Shown here in pieces: positions 1 through 10,632 of a stretch of 30,043 nt of DNA (position 1 is the stretch's first letter; each line of letters starts with the position of its first letter). A program made the translations under genes and the position numbers. Location of the stretch: assembly GCF_004010195.1 (NCBI RefSeq), contig NC_057757.1, positions 4,265,111 to 4,295,153 of the forward strand, read 5' to 3'. A model generated the notes under the pieces. That model was given only the letters and a program-made list of their open reading frames with translations. It did no database searches and was not told the origin of the DNA. This stretch comes from Chiloscyllium plagiosum (lineage: Eukaryota).

Positions 1-3000
1 TGTCCTGTACAGCTGCAACATGACCTCCCAACTCCTGTACTCAATACTCTGACCAATAAAGGAAAACATACCAAACGCTTTCTTCACTATCCTATCTACC
101 TGGGACTCCACTTTCAAGGAGCTATGAACCTGCACTCCAAGGTCTCTTTGTTCAGCAACACTCCCTATGACCTTATTATTAAGTATATAAATCTGCTAAG
201 ATATGCTTTCTCAAAATGCAGCACCTTGTATTTATCTGAATTAAACTCCATCTGCCAATCATCAGTCCATTGGCCCATCTGATCAAGATCCCATTGTAAT
301 CTGAGGTAATCTTCTTTGCTATCCATTACACCTCCAATGTTTGTATCATCTGCAAACTTACGAACGATTCTTTCTATGTTCACATCAAAATCATTTATGT
401 AAATGATGAAAAGTAGTGGACCCAGCACCGATCTTTGTGGCACTCCACTGGTCACAGGCCTCCAGTCTGAAAAACAACCCTCCACCACCACCCTCTGTCT
501 TCTACCTTTGAGCCAGTTCTGTATCCAAATGGCTAGTTCTACCTATTTTTCATGAGACCTAACCTTGCAACCAGCCTTCCATGGGGAACCTTGTTGAACG
601 CCTTACTTAAGTCCATATAGATCACATCCACCGCTCTGCACTCATCAATCCTCTTTGTTACTTCTTCAAAAAACTCAATCAAGTTTGTGAGACATGACTG
701 CCCACGCACAAATCCATGTTGACTATCCCTAATCAGTCCTTGCCTTTCCAAATACATGTACATCCTGTCCCTCAGGTTTCCCTCCAACAACTTGCCTACC
801 ACCGAGGTCAGGCTCACTGGTCTCGAGCTCCCTGGCTCGTCTTTACCACCCTTCTTAAACAGTGGTTCCACGTTTGCCAACCTCCAGTCTTCTAGCACCT
901 CACCTGTCACTATCGATGATATAAATATCTCAGCAAGGGGCCCAGCAATCACTTCCATTGTTTCTCACAGAGTTCTAGGGTACACCTGATCAGGTCTTGG
1001 GGATTTATCCACCTTTCTGCATTTAAAGACATCCAGCATTTCCTCCTCAGTAATATGGACATTTTTCAAGATGTCAACATCTATTTCCCCACATTCTATA
1101 TCTTCCATGTCCTTCTCCACAGTAAATACTGATGCAAAATACTCGTTTAGTATCTCCCCCATCTCCTGCGGCTCCACACAAAAGTCACCTTTCTGATCAT
1201 TGTAGGACACTATTGTTTCCCTAGTTACCCTTTTGTCCATAATGTATTTGTAAAATCGCTTTGAATTCTCCTTAAATCTATTTGCCAAAGCTATCTCATG
1301 TCCCATTTTTGCCCTCCTGATTTCCCTCTTCTAAGGATTCACTCGATCTATCCTGTCTATACCTGACATATGCTTCCTTCTTTTTCTGAACCTAGCCCTC
1401 AATTTCTCTTGTCATCCAGCATTCCCAACACCTACCAGCCTTTCCTTTCACCCTGACAGGAATATACTGTCTCTGGATTCTCGTTAGCTCATTTCCCATT
1501 TTCCAGCCGTCCCTTTACCGGCAAACATTTGCGCCCAATCAGTTTTTGAAAGTTCTTGCCTAATACCGTCAAAAGCCTTCCTCCAATTTAGAACTTCAGC
1601 TTTTAGATCTGGTCTATCTTTTTCCATCACTATTTTAAAACGAATAGAATTATGGTCGCTGGCCCCCAAGTCCTTGGGCCTCTACTGTTTGTAATTTTTA
1701 TTAATAACTTGGATGAGGGGATTGAAGGATGGGTCAGCAAGTTTGCAGACGACACAAAGGTTGGAGGTGTCGTTGACAGTATAGACGGCTGTTGTAGGCT
1801 GCAGCGGGACATTGACAGGATGCAGAGATGTGGCAGATGGAGTTCAACCTGGCTAAATGCGAGGTGATGCATTTTGGAATGTCGAATTTGAAAGCCGAGT
1901 ACAGGATTAAGGATAGGATTCTTGGCAGTGTGGAGGAACAGAGGGATCTTGGTGTGCAGCTACATAGATCCCTTAAAATGGCCACCCAAGTGGACAGGGT
2001 TGTTAAGAAAGCATATGGTGTTTTGGCTTTCATTAACAGCGGGATTGAGTTTAAGAGTCAGAGGCGGGTTCTTTACACAGAGAGTTGTGAGAGCATGGAA
2101 TGCATTGCCATCAGCAGTTGTGGAAGCAAGGTCATTGGGGACATTTAAGAGACTACTGGACATGCATATGGTCACAGAAATTTGAGGGTGCATACATGAG
2201 GCTCAGTGGTCAGCACAACATCGTGGGCTGAAGGGTCTGTTCTGTGCTGTACTGTTCTATGTTCTATGTTCTATGTTCGAAGTGCTCCCCCACTGACATC
2301 CCAGTTACCTGCCCTGCTTTATTTCCTAAGAGTAGGTCAAGTTTTGCACCTTCTCTAGTAGGTACATCCACATACTGAATCAGAAACGTTTCTGGTACAC
2401 ACTCAACAAATTCCTCTCCATCTAAACACTTAACACTATGGCAGTCCCAGTCTACGTTTGGAAAGTTAAAATCCCCTACCATAACCATGCTATTATTCTT
2501 ACAGATAACTGAAATCTCCTTACAAATTTGTTTCTCAATTTCTCTATGACTATTCGGGGGTTGATAATACAATCCCAATAAGGTGATCATCCCTTTCTTA
2601 TTTCTCAGTTCCACCCAAATAACTTTCCTTGATGTATTTTTGGGAATATCCTCCCTAAGTACAACTGTAATGCTATCCCTTAATAAAAACGCCACTCCTC
2701 CTCCTCTCTTGCCTCCCTTTCTATCCATCCTGTAGCATTTGTATCCTGGAACATTAGGCTGCCAGTCCTGTCCATCCCTGAGCCATGTTTCCATAATTGC
2801 TATGATATCCCAGTCCCATGTTCCTAACCATATGCCCTGAGTTCATCTTCCTTCCCTGTTAAGCCTCTTGCATTGAAATAAATGCAGTTTAATTTATCAG
2901 TCCTATCTTGTTCTCTGTTTTGTCCCTGCCTGCGCTGACTGTTTGACTTGCTTCTGTTCTCAACTGTATCAGTCTTACTATCCCCTTGGGTCCCACCTCC

Positions 3001-4500
3001 CCACACCTTACTAGTTTATATCCTGCCAGAAAGCTCTAGCAAATCTCCCTGCCGGTATATTAGTCCCCTTCCAATTCAGGTGCAATCCATCCTTCTTGTA
3101 CAGGTCACTTTTACCCCAGAAGAGATTCCAATGATCCAAAAATGTGAGTCGTTCTCCCATACACCAGCTCCTCAGCCAGGCATGCATCCACTCTATCCTC
3201 CTATTCCTACCCTCACTAGCTCATAGCACTGGGAATAATCCAGATATTACTACCATTGAGGACCTTCTTTTTACATTCCGGCCTAACTCTCCATATTCTC
3301 CAGCATCTCATCCTTTTCCCTTCCTATGTCCTTGGTCCCAATGTGTACAATGACCTCCTGCTGGTCCCTCTCCCCCTTGAGAACATTCTGCACCCTCTCT
3401 GAGACATCCTTGATCCTGGCACCAGGGAGACAACACACCATTCTGATTTTTTGTTGCTCATCACAGAAACATCTGTCTGTGTCTCTGACTGGAGAGTCCC
3501 CTAATACACCAACTTCCCCCTCATTGTATTAGAGCCAGTCTTGATACCGTAAACTTGACTGTTCATGCTACATTCCCCTGAGAATCCCCCACTCCCTACA
3601 TTTTCTAAAACAGCATGTTTGTAATGGGGATAGCCACAGAAGACTCCTGCACCAACTGCCTACCCCTCCTACATTTCCTGGAGTTAACCCGTCTACCTGA
3701 CTGTTTCTGCGGCTTTTCTCACTTTCTATAACTGCCATCCATCACATCCCCTTGCTCTTGTAAATTCCTCTGCTTCGAGCTGTCGCTCCAACCGATCCAT
3801 TCGATCTGATAGGATTCGCAACCAACGACATTTGTTGCCGATATAATCCTCAGTAACACGTAAACTCTCCCTAAACTTCCACATCCAACAAGAAGAGCAT
3901 ATCACTCGACTATAAGCCATTTTTTTTCTTCTTCCAACCAAAGACCCAGAAAATATCACTGTCTTATTCCTCCTGGCTAACTTAATACTTATGACTTCAG
4001 AGACATATCTCAATAAAACATCGAATCAATAAAGAACCCACTCTACTCATATTGTAGATTTACCCCAAGGCCTCAGTTAAAACTATCACTTATCTCTTTC
4101 TGTACTGTGACCTCTCCCAACAGGGTCCTCCAAGATTAGTTGTGAATTTCACTGTTTGTTAATTTTCCCAGACGGACTCCGATGTCCAGAGGTACATGAA
4201 ACCAAACACAAAGGCAGTAACTGTGCAGGTTCACTGCTGTGTCAGTTAGCAGTGTGTGTCTCCCATTCTCTCTCTATCTCTCTCCCCTGCACAGACCATG
4301 TGTTTCCTTTGTCTGTCCTTCTCCCTTTCAAACATGCTGTTGTTTTGACTTTCATTTTTCTCCAAAGTTCCAAAACAATGCAACAGCATATAAAACAGTA
4401 ATTGCTGCTCCTGGAATTCGAGGAAATCACCTCCAACACCTAAAATACCTCAAAAAAGGAGCAGCCTGTTACAGCCGGAAATCTTTCCCATCCTCCATCC
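1..4500 (-). mobile_element. Near full-length, decayed CR1-clade LINE (5' UTR, ORF1 zinc-finger/esterase, ORF2 APE endonuclease + reverse transcriptase), antisense in an intron of the C1s-like gene; 3' end lies outside the window; interrupted by a nested element at 1672-2279
   Basis: Minus-strand fragments lie in the correct order. ORF1 C-x2-C...NKC/leucine-zipper-like region at 3726-4013. SGNH-esterase-like VCCLPGARIKDVSERVQNVLKGERDQQEVIVHIGTKD at ~3330-3440. Endonuclease motifs ETWL, MVGDFNFPNVDW, LDLLL and SDHN (2264-2794, 1484-1669). RT motifs RPVSLTSVVGK, QHGF, DLSKAF, SGVPQRSVLGPLLF and KFADDT (165-1306). Many stops and frameshifts; 5' boundary approximate. Confidence 0.92.
1672..2279 (+). 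mobile_element. 5'-truncated, internally deleted CR1 LINE 3' fragment nested inside the minus-strand CR1
   Basis: Encodes VLGPLLFVIFINNLD..KFADDTK, then jumps from GIEFKS to FFTQRVVRAWNALP. Ends in a (TGTTCTA)n tail at ~2253-2278. The host motif GEHF|GASDHN is split around it; AAGT occurs at 1668-1671 and 2280-2283. Confidence 0.88.
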
Positions 4501-4525
4501 CCACTGAGTCTTCTCTGCCATTCAA

Positions 4526-5392
4526 TCATAGAGTCCCACAGCATGGAAACAGACCCTTCGGTCCAACCAGTCCATGGCGAACATAATCCCAAACTAAGCT
4601 AGTCACTTGCCTGCTCCTGGCCCATGTCCATTCCCAGCTGGTATTTTTCTCAACCCCATTCTTCTGCCTTCTCTCTTTTTACCCTTGCCCCCTTTATTAA
4701 TCAAGAACCCACCAATTTCTATCTTCAAGGCACTCAATGACTTGCCCTCCACAACCCTCTGCGGTCATGAGTTCCACAGAGTCCCCAGCCTCTGGATGAA
4801 GAAATTCCTCCTCATCTCTGAGAACATAGAATGGAGAACGCTACAGATAGTACAGGCCCTTCAATCCACGATGTTGCGCCGGCCTGTGAAATCTGACGCC
4901 CATCTAACCTGCATCGTTCCATTATTATCCGCATGTATGTCCAATGCCCATTTAAATGCCCTTAATGTTGGTGAGTCTACTACTGTTGCAGGCTGGTCGC
5001 TCCATGCCCCTACTACTCTCTGAGCAAAGAAGCTACCCCTGATATCTGTCCTAAATCTATCACTTATCTATCTCAGTGCTAAAGCATTGCCCCTTCACTC
5101 TGAGGCTGTGCCCTCGGCTCCTAGTCTTTCTGACCAGTGGAGACCCCTTCTCCTTGTCCACTCTATCCAGACCTCTTGGTTCAATCAGATCCCCCTCACC
5201 CCCATCCTTCTAAACCCCAGAGTCCTCAACCGTTTGCCATATGACAACTCTTCATCCCCGGGATCATTCTTGTGAACCCCCTCTGGACACCCCCGTCCAA
5301 GGCCAGCACACCCTTCCTTAGATGTGGGGTCCAAAACTGCTCACGGTATTCCAAGTGTGGTCTGACTAGAGCCTTATACAGCCTCAGCAGTA
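4526..5392 (-). mobile_element. Cluster of CR1-clade LINE 3' fragments (one, ~4821-5055, nested in another)
   Basis: Reverse-complemented CR1 3' tails (CATAGAGTC..CAGCATGGAAACAGACCCTTCGG; AGAACATAGAA..ACAGGCCCTTC) and reverse-strand RT C-terminal remnants (LYKALVRPHLEYREQFWTP). Confidence 0.7.
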
Positions 5393-5522
5393 ATTTAACA
5401 ATGCAGTTGGTGATTAATTCTCGCCAGTTTTAGGATAAGATTTATAGACAGTGCCATTGGTATGGCCAGATGAGCAGGCCAAGGGATCAATGGAATGAAC
5501 GCTTGGCGGTTTTCTGTTCCAG

Positions 5523-5660
5523 TCATGGACTGTGGTCCCCCTCCTGATCTCGAAAGTGGAAGCTACGAGTACATCACCAAGCGGGACGAGACCCTGCTCC
5601 ATTCAGTCGTCAGATACAAGTGCAAGGAGGTGTATTACACAATGGTGGGCGGAGGAGATG
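5523..5660 (+). CDS. C1S-like: Internal coding exon (138 nt, phase 1-1): first half of the second CCP/sushi domain of a complement C1s-like protein
   Basis: Acceptor tttctgttccAG (5521-5522), donor GTAAGG (5661). Translates [47 protein letters not shown], which matches the C1s CCP2 pattern DCGxP...[24 protein letters not shown]. Confidence 0.9.
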
Positions 5661-5700
5661 GTAAGGCACGTGGATGCGGGGAGGTGATAAGGAGGGCAGG

Positions 5701-6143
5701 CACACACACACACACACACTCAGACAGACGTGCACACACGCACACACTCACACACACAGACACACACACACGCACACTCTCAGACAGACATGCACACACG
5801 CACACACTCACACAGACAGACATACACACACACTCTCTCAGACAGACGTACGCACACACACACAGACATACACACGCATACATACACACACACACACGCA
5901 TTCACACAGACAGACATGCACACACACACAGACATACACTCACAGACACACTGTTAGACAGAGATGCACACACACACTCGCACAGACAGACATATATATA
6001 TACACACACACACACTTTCACACAGAACATACTCTCACACACACAAACTCACACACAGGCAGACATATACAGAAATACACACACAGATGCACACACACGC
6101 ACTCAGACACACACATAGATAGACACACACAGACGCACACACT
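5701..6143. repeat. Complex (CA)n/(CAGA)n microsatellite
   Basis: About 440 bp of interrupted CA repeats; source of the spurious His/Thr and Cys/Val ORFs. Confidence 0.95.
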
Positions 6144-6383
6144 GCCAGGACTCCCCCAGCTACCCAGAGAGATGTGGAAATGGATATCAGAGAAGCCCAC
6201 CCGTGTTCTGTACAGCAAGATCCAACAAACACTTTGTTGCCATGGCTTTTCTGGCCATTGGCTGCCTAAAGTGTGAGTATGTGTGGGAGGGGAGAGAGGT
6301 GGCGGGGAATGTTAGAGCAGGGAGGGTGATGCATTTCGGGTGAGCCGTCACCACTCCCTACCTTTCCTGCAATGGCATGGAGG

Positions 6384-6440
6384 TGGGGGGGGGAGGGTCG
6401 CGAGAGTCGGTCTGGATGTCCCCCCCCCCCCCCCCCCCCC
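6384..6440. repeat. Poly-G and poly-C homopolymer runs
   Basis: G run at ~6385-6393 and C run of ~21 nt at 6420-6440. Confidence 0.85.
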
Positions 6441-6599
6441 ATCCCACCCACCCAGCCTCTGGAGACAGGCTTGGGCCCACGTCCAGGCTCTTTGGCATGT
6501 CCGCAGGCTCGATATACTTTGGCTCGTCACCTGCTGAAGAGGTGCCCCACCTTTTAATGTCCCTCTCTCTGTTATTTCCTCCCCTTCTGTCCTCCTCAG

Positions 6600-6674
6600 G
6601 GCAGTATACCTGCCAGGCGAACGGGAAATGGATGAATAGCGAATCAGGTGACGCCCTCCCATCGTGCAAGCCAG
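6600..6674 (+). CDS. C1S-like: Internal coding exon (75 nt, phase 1-1): second half of CCP2 of the C1s-like protein
   Basis: Long polypyrimidine tract ending cctcAG (6598-6599), donor GTGAGT (6675). Translates GQYTCQANGKWMNSESGDALPSCKP(V) and supplies Cys3, Trp and Cys4 of the CCP. Joins in frame to both neighbouring exons. Confidence 0.92.
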
Positions 6675-6919
6675 GTGAGTGAATGGCACATTCCACCATC
6701 CCTTCAACATGGGCAATGCCATCCTTCCAAAAGATGCCCCTCATTATTTTGTAATACCACCGGGACCTTGGCAGCAATAACAGAATAAAAGGATAGGGAG
6801 AGAGGAAGGGAATTGGAGGGAGAAATAAGATATAGCACCCACATTCTTCTTTCCAATTCTGGGGGTCTCTGTGGCCTTTCACTCCAAGGGCACCTGGGTG
6901 CAAATGTGGGTTTTGTTCT

Positions 6920-7235
6920 CTACCCATCCATCATTGCCCGTCCCCAATTGCCCCCTGAACTCCGCAGCTTTTCCAGGCCATTTCAGAGTCAACGCCATTA
7001 GCGGCAGGGCCTGGAGTCACCTCTAAGGCCACAGATGTCCATCCCAACAGCGCATTGACGAACCAGATAGAGTTTTCCAACAGCACTCCATGATACGGCC
7101 AGTGCCCAAGGCGAGAGTTAGATCCCAGATTTAATCAGATCAAATAACGACAGTTGCCCTCGGTGAGATTCGAGCTCAGGCATCCGTAACCATTAGCCTG
7201 GCGTCTCTGGATGACTGGCCTGTTGGTACTATCAC
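6920..7235 (-). mobile_element. Degenerate SacSINE1/Deu-type tRNA-derived SINE
   Basis: Reverse-complement similarity to the copies at 9811, 13549 and 19809 (CTGGAGTCAC, GAACCAGAT, CATTAGCCTGG..CTCTGGAT). Confidence 0.6.
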
Positions 7236-7509
7236 TGTAGGGGAGGGAACGAAATTCCGGCGATGTGTAAAAAGAGGCAGATGATCTGCCATTGCCAGCG
7301 CCTGGTGAGATAGGATAGGCCATTCGGCCCCTCGAGCCAGCTCTAACCTTCAGTAAGATCATGACCGATCTGATTGTGGGTTGACTCCCATGTTCCCAGT
7401 CACCCCACTGGTTCCCATCTCTCATGAGAATCTGACTTAAAAATACTCGATGAACCCACCCCTCTCCACTGCCTTCTGAGCACCAAAGACACATAACTTT
7501 CATTGTTCC

Positions 7510-8137
7510 TTCAAAGTGGAGTCGCAGGTAGACGGGGGGGCTGCGGTGGGGGGGTGTCAGTGGGGGAAAATGGCTTTTGGTATGCTTGCCTTTATTGGTC
7601 AGTGCATTGAGTACAGGAGTTGGAAGGTCATATTGTGGCTGTACAGGACATTGCTTAGGCCACTTTTGGAATACTGCATTTAATTCTGGTCACCCTGCTA
7701 CAGGAAGGATGTTGTGAAACTTGAAAGAGTTCAGAAAAGATTTACAAGGATGTTGCTGGAACTAGAGGGTTTGAGCTGCAGGGAAAGGCTAAATAAGCTG
7801 GGACTGTTTTCCCTGGAGTGTCGAGGGGTCGGGGAGTCCAAAACTAGAGGGCACAGTTTTAAGGTGAAAGGGGAAAAGATGTTAAAAGGGATCTAAGGGG
7901 CAACTGTTTCACGCAATAGGTGGTATGTGTATGGAATGAGCTGCCAGAGGAAGTGGTGGAGGCTGGTACAATTGCAACATTTAAAAGGCATCTGGATGGG
8001 TATATGAATAGGAAGGGTTTAGAGTGATATGGGCCACTTGCTGGCAAATGGGACTAGATTAGGTTGGGATAGTTGGTCAGCATGGCTGGGTTGGGGCAAA
8101 GGATCTGTTCCTTGTGTTGTACATCTCTATGACTCTG
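7510..8137 (+). mobile_element. CR1-clade LINE 3' fragment
   Basis: LYRTLLRPLLEYC..KLERVQKRFTRML..WNELPEEVVEAG, followed by a 3' UTR ending CTCTATGACTCT; same subfamily as 11610-11877 and 29741-30043. Confidence 0.88.
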
Positions 8138-8439
8138 TAACCGTCTGAGAGAAAGATCGCTTCTCCTCTCTCTCTGCCCTGACAGGAAAACCCCTCGTTC
8201 TGAACCAACAGACAAGGGCCTGCCGCTTTTCCCCATCCACCTTTTCGAATCTGCTCAGAGAGTCAACTCAGTGGAGATCTTACTCTGGGACTGCGCCCAA
8301 ATTCCCCATTTTCTGCCAGTGAGCTTCGGTCCTGTTGCCCTCTGGTCCCTGAACCTATCGCAACCTGGATACAATCATTTCCTTTGTAATGTGTAGGTAC
8401 GAAAGTCAGAGATAGGAACAAAAGGAGGATTTTGTTTGT

Positions 8440-8925
8440 TGAGTCATGCAGGACAGAAACAGGCCCTTCAGCCCACTGTGCGTGTGTGCTAACCCATAAG
8501 CACCACTCAGTACCATTTACCTGCTCTTCATCCATAGTTGGCTGACATTTAACTTTTCGCTTCTTCAGTGTTATGTGAGCCGCCACCATATTCTTAGGCT
8601 GAGCCTTCCTCATTCCTATCACCCTCTGAGTGAAACCATAATCCTCTCAGTCCTCACCTTAAACTTGTGCCCTCTGGTCTCAGACAAAGGTAAAACATTC
8701 TCACCCTCTGTCCTGTCTACGTTGCTCATAGTTTTGGATAATGCAGTCAGATCTCCCCTTCTCAAGAGAAAACAAACTCAGCCTATCCTTATGACTGAGA
8801 CTTTCCAACCCAGGCAACATCCAGGCAAATCTCCTCTGCATACTCTTGAATGAGACTGTCTCCTTCCGATAGTGTCTCGACCAGAACTGCACACAGTATT
8901 CCACCTGTGGCCGAACCAATGTTTT
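8440..8925 (-). mobile_element. CR1-clade LINE 3' fragment; further pieces at ~9765-9805 and ~10097-10148, split by SINE insertions
   Basis: Minus ORF contains KTLVRPQVEYCVQFWSRHYRK..MQRRFAWMLPGLESLSHKDRL. Confidence 0.75.
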
Positions 8926-9752
8926 GGGCCGGTATGGTGGCTTAGTGGTCGGCATTGACACCTCACAGAGCCAGGGACCTGGGTGCGATTCCAGCCTCGG
9001 GCGACTGTCTGCGTGGAGTTTGCACATTCTCCCTGTGTCTGTGTGGGTTTGCTCCATTTCCTCCCACAGTCCAAAGATGTGCATGTTAGGGTGGATTGGC
9101 CATGCTACATTGTCAAGAGTGTGGTACTGGGAAAGCACAGCAGGTCAGGCAGCATCCAAAGAACAGCGTGATCAATATTTCGAGCAAAAACCCTTCATCA
9201 GGAATTTTGTCCAAAAAGATTTTTGGGTTTTGCCTGAAACATCAATTCTCCAGTTCCTCGGATGCTGCCTGACCTACTGTGCTTTTCCAGCACCACACTC
9301 TCAACTCTGATCTCCAGCATCTAGAGTCCTCACTTTCACAATGGTGTCCAGGGATGTGCAGGTTAGGGTGGATTGGCCGTGCTAAATTGTCCCATAGTGC
9401 CCAGGGATGTGCAGATTAAAGTGGTTTGGCTGTGCTAAATTGTCCCATAGTGCCCAGAGATGTGCAGGTTAGGGTGGATTGGCCATGCTAAATTGTCCCA
9501 TGGTGCCCAAGGATGTGCAGGTTAGGAGGGATTGGCCATGCTCAATTGTCCCATGGTGCCCAGGGATGTGCAGGTTAGGAGGGATTGGCCGTGCTCAATT
9601 GTCCCATAGTGCAGGGATGTGCAGGTTAGGGTGGATTAGTCATGGGAAATGCAAGGTTACAGGGATGGGGTGGGTCTGAGTGGGATGCTGGTCGGAAGGT
9701 AAGTGTGGACTCGATGGGCCGAATGACCTGCTCCCACACTGTAGGGATTCCA
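8926..9752 (+). mobile_element. HE1-type V-SINE with an internal 53-bp tandem expansion, interrupted by a palindromic element at ~9113-9338
   Basis: tRNA-like head (TGGCTTAGTGG...GGTGCGATTCC), V-domain GTGGAGTTTGCACATTCTCCC..CCTCCCACAGTCCAAAGATGTGC, about 6 copies of GGGATGTGCAGGTTAGGGTGGATTGGCCATGCTAAATTGTCCCATAGTGCCCA, and a CR1-like tail. Confidence 0.85.
9113..9338. mobile_element. Palindromic Penelope-associated repeat carrying a hammerhead-like core on the minus strand (~9174-9201)
   Basis: Arms GAGTGTGGTACTGGGAAAGCACAGCAGGTCAGGCAGCATCC and GGATGCTGCCTGACCTACTGTGCTTTTCCAGCACCACACTC are inverted repeats. Minus strand reads CTGATGA-AGGGT-TTTT-GCTC-GAAA-TATT. Confidence 0.7.
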
Positions 9753-9810
9753 ATCAATGATATTAACATCCTTCCTGTAGCATGGTGACCAGAATTGTAC
9801 ACATCACCTG

Positions 9811-10095
9811 TGGGAGATGATGAACTAGCTCTATTATTGCTGGACTGTTAATCCAGAGACCCAGGTAAATGTCTGGAATTAGGAATTTAACGGTGATCAT
9901 GAATCCAAATGTCGGAAAAACCCATCTGGCTCACTGATGTCATTTAGGGAAAGTGACTGCCATCCTTACCTGGTCTGGCCCACATGTGACTCCAGACCCA
10001 GAGCAATGTGGTTGACTCTCAACTGCCCTCTGGGGCAATAAATGCTGGTCTGACCAGCAACGCCTTCCTCCTGTGAATGAATAAAGAAAAATAAA
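9811..10095 (+). mobile_element. SacSINE1/Deu-type SINE
   Basis: Conserved core AAAACCCATCTGGCTCACTGATGTCATTTAGGGAAAG..CATCCTTACCTGGTCTGGCCCACATGTGACTCCAGACCC and an A-rich tail. Confidence 0.75.
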
Positions 10096-10149
10096 CTCCA
10101 ACTGCGACCTTACCAATGTCCTGTACAGCCACGACATGACATCCTTCCA

Positions 10150-10283
10150 GGAGAAAGTGAGGACTGTAGATGCTGGAGATCAGAGTCGAGATTAGAGTGG
10201 TGCTGGAAAAGCACAGCCGGTCAGGCAGCATCAGAGGAGCAGGAGGGTCGACATTTCGAGCATAAGCTCTTCATCAGGAATGT
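10150..10283 (-). mobile_element. Penelope-associated short repeat (single arm) containing a minimal type I hammerhead ribozyme motif
   Basis: Same family as 9113-9338 and 17304-17510 (GAAAGTGAGGACTGTAGATGCTGGAGATCAGAG..GGAAAAGCACAGC.GGTCAGGCAGCATC). Confidence 0.7.
10250..10277 (-). ncRNA. Putative minimal hammerhead ribozyme core
   Basis: Minus strand reads CUGAUGA-A-GAGC-UUAU-GCUC-GAAA-U-GUC: conserved CUGANGA and GAAA boxes, a 4-bp stem II and a GUC cleavage triplet. Stem III is vestigial and stem I is weak in this copy. Confidence 0.5.
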
Positions 10284-10632
10284 CCTTCCAGTCTCAGTGA
10301 CATCTTTGTGTATCTTCTCTGCCCCCTTCCCATGTTAATAAGATGCTTCCCACAGCAGAGCGACCAAAACCGTATGCAGTGCTCCCGATGCGGCCTAGCT
10401 CACGGCCTGCCCAATTGCAATGTGACGTCCCTCCCGCCTCTCGGAAAACCTTTTCCGCCCCCCCCCCTCCTTTGATCCCAGTCAAACGACAATCTGGGAT
10501 ATCCGGGGAGCGAGCCCTCTCCGAATTGTGACTCTGGGTCACGACCCCACTACCCCCTAACTCCCCCACCCAATCACGGTTCCACCGTACCACCGCGATA
10601 TCCATAACATTCTCTCCTCTCCTCGTTGGCAG

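Noticed and set aside
165..3006. Active reverse transcriptase gene
   Set aside because: ORF2 is broken by multiple stops, frameshifts and a nested insertion.
5635..6276. Long His/Thr-rich and Cys/Val-rich ORFs (up to 207 aa)
   Set aside because: Translations of the (CA)n microsatellite; only 5523-5660 is coding, bounded by splice sites.
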